32,724 nucleotides of DNA from Acidobacteriota bacterium (GTDB taxonomy: Bacteria > Acidobacteriota > Thermoanaerobaculia > UBA5066 > Gp7-AA6): positions 1-32,724 of the forward strand of contig JBKPMI010000004.1 in the NCBI GenBank assembly GCA_046732075.1, given 5' to 3'. Of the stretch, positions 24,639 to 32,724 are shown piece by piece (position 1 is the stretch's first letter; each line of letters starts with the position of its first letter). Position numbers and translations under genes: made by a program. The notes beneath the pieces were generated by a model. The model did not search any database. It saw only the letters and a list, made by a program, of their open reading frames with translations, and was not told the DNA's origin.

Positions 24639-26408
24639 ATGCGATTCGCTTTCCGACTCAACCTCCTGCTCGGACTCCTCGCCCTGGCTCTCGCGGTGGG
24701 ACTGTCCGTCGTCGCGGCCCGCATCACGGATCGCGCCGTCGAGGACCGCGCGCGTGACCGCCTCCGCCGCGAGATCGACCTCCTCGCCGACGACGTCGAG
24801 CCACGGCTCGCGGATGCCGGGCAGCTGGACGAGCTCGTACGCCGGGCATCGCGGCTCCTGGGAGTTCGGGTCACCGTCATCGGCGGCGACGGGCACGTGC
24901 TCGACGATTCCGACGTCCCGTTTTCCGAGGTGCCCGCAATGGAGAACCATGCCGGGCGCCCGGAGGTGGCCGCCGCGCGCACCGCGGGATACGGCACGTC
25001 GGTCCGACACTCCGCGACGCTCGAGACCGACCTCCTCTACCTGGCCCGGGCTCTCGGAACGGATCGCGCGCACGGAACGGTTCTCCGGCTCGCCATTCCG
25101 CTCGCCGACCTGCGCCAGATCGAGTCGCGCTACGAGTGGCTGCTCACCGGCGCGATCTTCGCGGCCTGCGCGTTGCTCGTCTTCGTGGGCGCGGTTGCGA
25201 TCGCGCGCCTCGCGCACCCGATCCGGGAAGTCACCGACGCCGCGCTGGCCGTCGCGCAGGGCGACCTCGCCCGCGAGGCCCCGGAACGCGGTCCCGCCGA
25301 GATCCTCGAGCTTTCGTCGGCGCTCACCCGCATGAAGAGCTCTCTTCTCGACTCGGTGGCCCGCGTCGAACGGGAGCGCCGGCTGGCGGATGCCGTCTTC
25401 GAGACGCTTCCGGACGGCGTCGTGGTCATCGACGCGCAATACCGCGTGATCGACGCGAACCGGGGTTTCCGCACGATGACCGGCGCGCCCGAGCCGGCCG
25501 GGAGGCCGCTCGTCGAGATCCTGCGGGAGCGCGCCCTGTTTGCCCCGTTCGAGGACGCGATCGTGCGCGGGACGCCGACCGACACCATCGTCAAGCGGGA
25601 GCGCGAAGTGACGTGGCACCTCGCAGTCCGGCCCCTTCCTCCGGGCTCGCGCGCCGCCGCAGTCGGAATCCTCCGCGACGTGACGGCGTTCGAACGCAAC
25701 GAAGCCATGCGCCGCCGGTTCGTGGCCGACGTCTCCCACGAGCTGCGGACGCCCGTGGCCTCGATCGCAGCTGCCGCGGAAACGCTCGCGGAGACCGAGC
25801 CGGACGACCCCGAGGCACCGCGCCTCGTCGACCTCGTGCGGCGCCAGGCGCAGCGGATGCGGGAACTGATAGACGACCTCACCGATCTGTCGTTGATCGA
25901 GAGTGGCTCCGTCGTCCTGGCCCGCGAGACGGTAGACCTGCGGGCGCTCGCGGTGGAGACCGCCGAGGAGCTACGGGTCGCGGCGGACGCGCGGGACGTG
26001 TCCATCCGCATCGAGAGCGCCGAAGGAATTGCGGTCGAGGGGGATCGCCGCCGGCTCGGCCAGATCCTGCGCAACCTGCTCGACAACGCGGTGAAGTTCT
26101 CGCCACCCGGAGGGGCCGTCCGCATCCGGGTGGATTCGACGGAGGGCCGTCCCTCGATGGTCGTGGAGGATTCGGGCCCGGGCATTCCGGCCGCGGAGCA
26201 GGACCGGATCTTCCAGCGCTTCTACCAGGTGGATCGATCGCGCTCCAAGGTCCGTCCCGGGACGGGACTCGGGCTCGCCATCGTGAAGCATCTCGCGCAG
26301 CTGCATGACGCCGAGGTCACGGTGCAGAGCGAGCCCGGCAGCGGGAGCGCATTCCGGGTGACATTTCGAGGCGCCGCCCTGCCGGCGGTCGCCGGGAGAC
26401 AGGCATGA
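24639..26408 (+). CDS. phoR: Sensor histidine kinase (two TM helices, extracytoplasmic loop, HAMP, PAS, HisKA, HATPase_c), PhoR-like
   Basis: 589 aa. TM1 LLLGLLALALAVGLSVVAA and TM2 LLTGAIFAACALLVFVGAVAIA. H-box FVADVSHELRTP, N-box LRNLLDNAVKF, and G-boxes EDSGPGI and GTGLGLAIVKH. ATGA overlap with phoU. Confidence 0.8.
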   Translation: MRFAFRLNLLLGLLALALAVGLSVVAARITDRAVEDRARDRLRREIDLLADDVEPRLADAGQLDELVRRASRLLGVRVTVIGGDGHVLDDSDVPFSEVPAMENHAGRPEVAAARTAGYGTSVRHSATLETDLLYLARALGTDRAHGTVLRLAIPLADLRQIESRYEWLLTGAIFAACALLVFVGAVAIARLAHPIREVTDAALAVAQGDLAREAPERGPAEILELSSALTRMKSSLLDSVARVERERRLADAVFETLPDGVVVIDAQYRVIDANRGFRTMTGAPEPAGRPLVEILRERALFAPFEDAIVRGTPTDTIVKREREVTWHLAVRPLPPGSRAAAVGILRDVTAFERNEAMRRRFVADVSHELRTPVASIAAAAETLAETEPDDPEAPRLVDLVRRQAQRMRELIDDLTDLSLIESGSVVLARETVDLRALAVETAEELRVAADARDVSIRIESAEGIAVEGDRRRLGQILRNLLDNAVKFSPPGGAVRIRVDSTEGRPSMVVEDSGPGIPAAEQDRIFQRFYQVDRSRSKVRPGTGLGLAIVKHLAQLHDAEVTVQSEPGSGSAFRVTFRGAALPAVAGRQA

Positions 26409-27076
26409 AAGAACACTTTGCGGAGCGGCTCGAAAATCTTCGGCGGCGGCTCATCCTGATGGGCTCCGAGGTGGAGAAGCAGATCCGCGCGTCCATCGAG
26501 GCCCTGACCGAAGGCTCCGCCGAGAAGGCGCGCGCGGTGATCGCCCGCGACGAGGAGATCGACCAGCTGGAGAACCAGATCGAGGAGGAGACGATCCAAC
26601 TGCTGGCGCTGGAGCAGCCCGTGGCGATCGATCTGCGGTTCCTGGTCGCGGTCCTCAAAATCAACAACGACCTCGAGCGAATCGGCGATCACGCCGTCAA
26701 CATCGCGGAGGGCGCCGAACGGCTCGTCGGAAAGCCCCCATTCCAGCCGGCGATCGGGATCCGCTCGATGTCCGAGCTGGTCCAGAGGATGTTGCGGGAG
26801 TCCCTGGACGCTTTCATCGCCCGGGACGCGGGGCTCGCGAAGAAGGTGATCCAGGAGGACGACGTCCTGGACGCGAAGAACGAAGGGGTGATCCGACAGC
26901 TCCTGACCTACATGGCGGAGACGCCGGCCCTCATCTCCCACTCACTGGAGCTGATCTCGGTGTCGAAGAACCTCGAACGGGTCGGGGATCTCGCCACGAA
27001 CATCGCCGAGGACACGATCTTCATCGCCGAGGCGAAGCTCGTGAAACACCACGGGGTGGAGCTGACGGGGACCTAG
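26405..27076 (+). CDS. phoU: Phosphate signalling complex protein PhoU
   Basis: 223 aa with the two PhoU repeats (ARDEEIDQLENQIEEE...INNDLERIGDHAVNIAE and EDDVLDAKNE...VSKNLERVGDLATNIAE). Confidence 0.93.
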   Translation: MKEHFAERLENLRRRLILMGSEVEKQIRASIEALTEGSAEKARAVIARDEEIDQLENQIEEETIQLLALEQPVAIDLRFLVAVLKINNDLERIGDHAVNIAEGAERLVGKPPFQPAIGIRSMSELVQRMLRESLDAFIARDAGLAKKVIQEDDVLDAKNEGVIRQLLTYMAETPALISHSLELISVSKNLERVGDLATNIAEDTIFIAEAKLVKHHGVELTGT

Positions 27077-27081
27077 GAAAC

Positions 27082-27129
27082 CTCAGAGGCGGCAGCCCTC
27101 AGCAAATCGCTGAGAACTGCGCCGCTGAG
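27082..27129. terminator. Nested GC-rich hairpin between convergent phoU and the small exported-protein gene; possible terminator
   Basis: Outer stem: CTCAG(ag)GCGGC (27082-27093) pairs with GCCGCTGAG (27121-27129). Inner stem: CTCAGC (27098-27103) pairs with GCTGAG (27109-27114). There is no clear U-tract on either strand. Confidence 0.3.
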
Positions 27130-27142
27130 TCCGTGACAGTTG

Positions 27143-27499
27143 CTAGGGCGTGGCCGCGCCCACGGCGATGATCGAGGCGCGCTTCTTTCCGTTCACTTCC
27201 GTGTAGGTCACGGTGACCGGCTGGCCGACCACGATCGTTCCGTTGATCTGCACGTTGTCTTCCAGATCGAAGTCATGCATGTTGCCGTCCGCCGGCCGGA
27301 TCTCGAGCTCGTTGCCCGGTTCGTACTTCGTCACGACCCCCGTCACGACGGTCGTTTTGACGTTCGGACCCGGCCCCGTCTCTTTCATCGTGGTCGCCGA
27401 GCCCTCCTGCTCCACCTTCACCTCTTTGTGAGTGGCGCAGTTGACTCCGACCAGTAGCGACGCCGCGGCCAGCGCCGCCAGGAAATTCCGTTTCGGCAT
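27143..27499 (-). CDS. Small exported protein of unknown function (signal peptide, possible lipoprotein)
   Basis: ATG at 27499 is preceded by AAGGAGGAATAC. 118 aa: MPKRNFLAALAAASLLVGVNC..., then a beta-rich Val/Thr/Gly body. The lipobox is non-canonical (VNC). I recognise no family. Confidence 0.6.
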   Translation of the reverse strand: MPKRNFLAALAAASLLVGVNCATHKEVKVEQEGSATTMKETGPGPNVKTTVVTGVVTKYEPGNELEIRPADGNMHDFDLEDNVQINGTIVVGQPVTVTYTEVNGKKRASIIAVGAATP

Positions 27500-27555
27500 G
27501 TATTCCTCCTTCGGCAGAGAAAAAACTCTCTCCCGTAAGGAGAGAATCAAGATCC

Positions 27556-29559
27556 ATGCCGGAATCGGGTCGAAAATCGGGCGATAACGCGCGGGTGCTC
27601 TGGACGCCTCCGAAGGACGTCCGCGAGACCACGGTGGTCGGCCGCTATCTCGAGGAGCTTCGCCGCACGCGCGGCCTCGACTTCGAGGACTACGACGCAT
27701 TGTGGACCTGGTCCGTGACCGACCTTGAGGATTTCTGGAGCTCGGTCTGGGACTGGCTGGAGGTCGAGGCCCGGACTCCGCCCCACGCGGTCCTCTCCGA
27801 CCGGCGGATGCCCGGCGCGAAGTGGTTTCCGGGCGCGACGCTCAACTACGCCGAGCACGCGCTCCGCGGCGCGGCGACAGAGTCCGACCGCCCCGCGATT
27901 CTCGCGCGCTCGCAGACCCGGATCGCCGACGTCGCGTGGAGCGGGGCCCAGCTCGCGGACCGCGTGACGCGCGCCGCCGCGGGCCTTCGCCGGCTCGGGG
28001 TCGTCAAGGGGGACCGCGTCGTCGCCTGGATGCCCAACGTACCGGAGACCGTCGCGCTCCTTCTCGCCACGGCGAGCATCGGCGCGGTCTTTTCCTCCTG
28101 CGCGCCGGAGTTCGGACCCCGCGCGGTCGCCGACCGCGTGCGGCAGATCGAGCCGAAGGTCCTCGTCGCGGTGGACGGATACCGCTACGGCGCCCGCGCG
28201 ATCGACCGGACCTCCGAGGTGGCGCAGCTGCGGGAGGAGCTGCCCTCGCTCGAAGCGACTGTCGTGCTCCCCTATCTCGGCAGCGCTCTCGATCCGGCCC
28301 GCTTCCCGGGCGCGATCTCGTGGGACGACTTCGAATCGCGGACCGAACCGCTCGCTTTCGAGGCCGTGCCGTTCGACCACCCGCTCTACATCCTCTACTC
28401 GTCCGGAACCACCGGCCTTCCCAAGGCGATCGTGCACGGCCACGGAGGGATGCTGCTCGAGCACGGAAAGATGCTCGCGCTCCACCATGACCTCGGCCCC
28501 GCCGACCGCTTCTTCTGGTTCACCACGACCGGCTGGATGATGTGGAATTACCTCGTCTCCGGACTGGTCGTCGGATCGACGATCGTCCTCTTCGACGGCG
28601 ACCCCGGATTCCCGGATCTCTCCGCGCTCTGGAAGATGGCCGCGGAGATGGGCATCACGTACTTTGGAACGAGCGCGCCGTTTCTGCACGCGTGCCTGAG
28701 GGCGGGACTCGAACCGGGCAGATCGTTCGACCTGTCGCGGCTCCGCGGAGTCGGCTCGACCGGCTCTCCGCTCCTGCCCGAGGGGTTCGAGTGGGTCTAC
28801 GAGAACGTAGGGCGTCAACTGCTCCTCGGCTCGGTGTCCGGCGGCACCGACGTCTGCACCGCATTCGTGGGCGCGTCGCCGCTCGTCCCGGTCCGGGCAG
28901 GCGAGATCTCCTGCCGCTGCCTGGGCGCGAAGGTCGAGAGTTTCAACGCCGACGGCCGGCCGGTCATCGGGGAGCTGGGCGAGCTGGTCCTGACCGAGCC
29001 GATGCCGTGCATGCCGGTCGCCTTCTGGAACGACCCGTCGGGAGAGCGCTACCGCGCGAGCTACTTCGACCGTTTTCCCGGGGTCTGGCGACACGGCGAC
29101 TGGATCGAGATCACGCCGCGGGGGAGCTGCATCATCACGGGCCGGTCCGACGCGACGCTGAAGCGCGGCGGCGTGCGCCTCGGAACGAGCGAGTTCTACG
29201 GGGTCGTCGAGGCGATCCCCGAGGTCGCCGAGAGTCTCGTCGTGCACCTCGCCGACGACTCCGGAGGACCCGGTGAGCTCCTCCTCTTCGTGGCGCTCGC
29301 GAAGGGCGCCGAGCTCGACGACGCGTTGAAGGCGCGCATCGGCCAGGCGCTACGCGAGGGGCTCTCGCCTCGGCACGTGCCCGACCGGATCTTTGCGATC
29401 CCCTCGGTCCCGCGGACGCTGAACGGCAAGAAGTTGGAAGTCCCGGTCCGGCGGATTCTCTCGGGCGCCGCAGCGGATGCGGTCGCCCACGCCGGGGCGA
29501 TGGCGAACCCCGAGAGCCTGGACTGGTTCGTGAAGCTGGCGGCGGCGCGAAAAGGCTGA
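27556..29559 (+). CDS. Acetoacetate-CoA ligase (acetoacetyl-CoA synthetase)
   Basis: 667 aa. N-terminal LWTPPKDVRETTVVGRYL...YDALWTWSVTDLEDFWSSVWDW is typical of acetoacetyl-CoA synthetases. AMP-binding motifs: YILYSSGTTGLPKAIVH, GSTGSPL, GDWIEITPRGSCIITGRSDATLKRGGVRLG, and the terminal NGKKLEVPVR. Confidence 0.9.
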   Translation: MPESGRKSGDNARVLWTPPKDVRETTVVGRYLEELRRTRGLDFEDYDALWTWSVTDLEDFWSSVWDWLEVEARTPPHAVLSDRRMPGAKWFPGATLNYAEHALRGAATESDRPAILARSQTRIADVAWSGAQLADRVTRAAAGLRRLGVVKGDRVVAWMPNVPETVALLLATASIGAVFSSCAPEFGPRAVADRVRQIEPKVLVAVDGYRYGARAIDRTSEVAQLREELPSLEATVVLPYLGSALDPARFPGAISWDDFESRTEPLAFEAVPFDHPLYILYSSGTTGLPKAIVHGHGGMLLEHGKMLALHHDLGPADRFFWFTTTGWMMWNYLVSGLVVGSTIVLFDGDPGFPDLSALWKMAAEMGITYFGTSAPFLHACLRAGLEPGRSFDLSRLRGVGSTGSPLLPEGFEWVYENVGRQLLLGSVSGGTDVCTAFVGASPLVPVRAGEISCRCLGAKVESFNADGRPVIGELGELVLTEPMPCMPVAFWNDPSGERYRASYFDRFPGVWRHGDWIEITPRGSCIITGRSDATLKRGGVRLGTSEFYGVVEAIPEVAESLVVHLADDSGGPGELLLFVALAKGAELDDALKARIGQALREGLSPRHVPDRIFAIPSVPRTLNGKKLEVPVRRILSGAAADAVAHAGAMANPESLDWFVKLAAARKG

Positions 29560-29569
29560 CCGCGGCGCG

Positions 29570-29932
29570 TCAGCTCGCGAGCCGCTCCTTCTTCTTCGCC
29601 CGGAAGCGGAGCCCGAAGAGCCGCGCGAGCAGCAGAAAGTACTCCTCGGGCGCGGCGATCAGGCGAACGCCGAAGCCGCTCGCGATGTAGAGCCGCAGGT
29701 TCTGCGGCACGCGGTAGGTCCGCACGACGGTGGCGCGCATCCGGAGTTTCGGTCCGCCCGGAAGGAGGAGCTGAAAGGCGATTGTTGCGCCGACGTCGGG
29801 GATGTGTGTCGAGCGAACGAAAATCCCGGTCGGCGAGATGTCCTGGGTAAAACCGGTGCAGACGTAGTCGCCCTTCTGCCACTCCACGAGATAGCGCCGC
29901 TTCCGGCGATTCGACGGGGGATATTCGGGCAT
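29570..29932 (-). CDS. PilZ-domain protein (putative c-di-GMP receptor)
   Basis: 120 aa from ATG 29932. RxxxR motif RRKRR (aa 9-13) and D-x-S-x-x-G motif DISPTG (aa 31-36). The ORF can extend to GTG 30049, but that extension is Arg/Ser-rich and of low complexity, so the start is uncertain. Confidence 0.6.
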   Translation of the reverse strand: MPEYPPSNRRKRRYLVEWQKGDYVCTGFTQDISPTGIFVRSTHIPDVGATIAFQLLLPGGPKLRMRATVVRTYRVPQNLRLYIASGFGVRLIAAPEEYFLLLARLFGLRFRAKKKERLAS

Positions 29933-30078
29933 CGGGACCTTGCCGGAGAGGAGAGCGAACGCCGTGCCCGGAGGCCTTTTCCGGGAAGACGCTGATCGGA
30001 GGGGACTTGCCCGGGACGACAACGCGTGTCGACCGCCGCGAAACGTCACTTCTCGTGACGGGAATCACCGCTCCCGCG

Positions 30079-30440
30079 TCAGGTCGCCGCGACCTCCTCG
30101 ACCGGGGTGACGGCGGCCTGGTCCTCTTCGCCGGTGCGGATCCGGTAGACCTTTTCGACCGGCAGCACGAAGACTTTCCCGTCGCCGACCTCGCCGGTCC
30201 GCGCGGCGGAGAGGATCGCGTTGACCGTGGGCTCGACGAAGTGATCCGACACGCCGATTTCGAGGCGAACCTTGTCGGAAAGTTCCATCTTTACCGTGGT
30301 ACCCCGGTACGTTTCTACCTGTTCGGTCTCCCCTCCATGGCCCTGGACCCGCTGCAGCGTGAGGCCGCGCACCTCGGCGCGGAAGAGCGACTCGAGGACG
30401 TCGCCCAGCTTTTCGGGGCGAACGATGGCGACGACGAGCT

Positions 30441-30444
<4 letters not shown>
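30079..30444 (-). CDS. glnK: P-II nitrogen regulatory protein (GlnK type, linked to amtB)
   Basis: 121 aa. MKLVVAIVRPEKLGDV..., T-loop QGHGGETEQVETYRGTTV, B/C-loop TGEVGDGKVFVLPVE. ATGA overlap with the amtB stop. Confidence 0.9.
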
Positions 30445-31736
<1,292 letters not shown>

Positions 31737-31787
31737 CTTGGGAAAACAGAATAGCAGAAAGATCGAGAGGGAGACTCCGAAAAATTT

Positions 31788-32612
31788 CTAGACACGCTCG
31801 AGCCGCACCGCGCTCTCCGGATAGTCGAGAGTGACGCGGAAGTTCCGGAGAAAGTTGTGGCCGAGCGCGCCGTCGAGCTGCGCCCCGGCTGCCTCCGAGA
31901 GCATCGGGAAGAATGCGGGCACCGTGAGATCCACGCCGTTCACGATCGAGCCGCCGAGCGCGATCGAATCCGCGCGCGTGAAAGCGACCTGGAGCGCGCC
32001 GCCGGCCCCGAGGCCCCCTTCTTCCGCGCCGGTCGTCGTCATTCCGAGGTCCCGGGCGAGATCCGGCGAGATCGAAGACATCGAGCTTCCGGTATCGAGC
32101 GCGAACCGGTAGGGTCCGCGGCCGTTGATCGAGACGGGAAGGAGGAGGAGAGGCCGCGTCGGAGCGATCTGAAATGCGACGGAATCCCCTCGCGCCTGTC
32201 CCTCGTCACCCGGCGAGCTCAGCCGGACGACGAGCGCGGGATAGTCGACGGTCACCCGGTAGTGCCGGAAGAAATTGAAGCCGAGGACGCCAGAGATCTT
32301 CGCGCCGACGAACGCGCCGATCCGGTCGAGCTCGTCGGTGATTCCGACCCGCACGTCGGATTGGCTCGCCGCCCCGACCGTGAGCGTCCGGAGCGTCCCG
32401 ATTCCGAGCGTGATCTTCCCGCCGGCGCCGGTTCCCACGCGAGAGCCGGTGGCCTCGACCCCGAGACGTTCCGCGAGTTCGCGGGATATGAGGCAGGTTG
32501 TCGCGCCCGAGTCCAGGATGAACTCGAACGGCCCTGCTCCGTTGATCTCGCAGGGGACGAGGAGGAGCGGGTTGTCTCCGCCCGCCAGTCGGAACGGGAC
32601 CTCTGCGGTCAC
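31788..32612 (-). CDS. Tandem-duplicated retropepsin-like (clan AA) aspartic protease
   Basis: 274 aa from GTG 32612, with an in-frame TAG at 32685-32687. Two homologous halves each contain a D-[ST]-G active-site motif: FILDSGATTCLIS (D34, nt 32511-32513) and FALDTGSSMSSIS (D173, nt 32094-32096). Each half ends in GxNFxRxxRVTxDYP. Confidence 0.7.
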   Translation of the reverse strand: MTAEVPFRLAGGDNPLLLVPCEINGAGPFEFILDSGATTCLISRELAERLGVEATGSRVGTGAGGKITLGIGTLRTLTVGAASQSDVRVGITDELDRIGAFVGAKISGVLGFNFFRHYRVTVDYPALVVRLSSPGDEGQARGDSVAFQIAPTRPLLLLPVSINGRGPYRFALDTGSSMSSISPDLARDLGMTTTGAEEGGLGAGGALQVAFTRADSIALGGSIVNGVDLTVPAFFPMLSEAAGAQLDGALGHNFLRNFRVTLDYPESAVRLERV

Positions 32613-32724
32613 TTCGAGGTTAGCCCCTGGTCTTCCGCCCGCGCGGGCGCGTCGGGCGGAACGGGCGCGGGGCCGGCGTAGCCCCTAGCGCCACGAGCGC
32701 CGCCATCCCCAACGTCCGACGGAA

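Noticed and set aside
29933-30049. 39-codon N-terminal extension of the PilZ ORF from GTG 30049.
   Set aside because: The extension is Arg/Ser-rich and of low complexity, and lies outside the PilZ fold, which starts at the RxxxR motif. Third-position GC is not discriminating (about 72% versus 77% by hand count), so I kept it as an alternative start rather than the call.
31737-31787. Relatively AT-rich 51-bp spacer upstream of amtB, examined for a sigma-54 (GG-N10-GC) promoter or NtrC-type sites.
   Set aside because: I found no convincing TGGCAC-N5-TTGC-like match on the minus strand. The spacer is too short to evaluate by eye.

Overview
Visibly high-GC, gene-dense chromosomal segment, apparently from a diderm bacterium: it encodes a beta-barrel porin ending in Phe and a lipid A L-Ara4N pathway. 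I support 29 CDS, many joined by 1-4 nt start/stop overlaps (ATGA, GTGA, TAGTG). I saw no rRNA, tRNA, CRISPR array, IS element or integrase.

Gene order, left to right:
(1) An island of signal-peptide-bearing amide-bond hydrolases: CocE/NonD peptidase tail, formamidase with an extra N-terminal module, D-aminoacylase-like protein and a COG1228-like amidohydrolase. The stress genes csbD and osmC are embedded in it.
(2) A small ABM-like gene followed by a 1,890-aa single ORF. This ORF fuses a Hanks Ser/Thr kinase, a STAND/AAA_16 NTPase, a helical/TPR region and two tandem family-5 solute-binding-protein (OppA/DppA-like) domains. It has no signal peptide and no TM segment. This is my top candidate for something undescribed.
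(3) A complete minus-strand L-Ara4N lipid A modification operon in the order arnT-arnB-arnC-arnA(FT)-arnA(DH)-arnD. arnA is split and arnE/arnF are absent.
(4) A Pho regulon block, divergent from arnT: porin, then pstS-pstC-pstA-pstB-phoB-phoR-phoU. Direct repeats phased at about 11 bp and resembling Pho boxes lie upstream of both the porin and pstS.
(5) A small exported protein, acetoacetyl-CoA synthetase, and amtB-glnK followed by a PilZ gene. The window ends with a tandem-duplicated retropepsin-like aspartic protease.

All functional calls rest on motif and family recognition from the translations. No database search was run.
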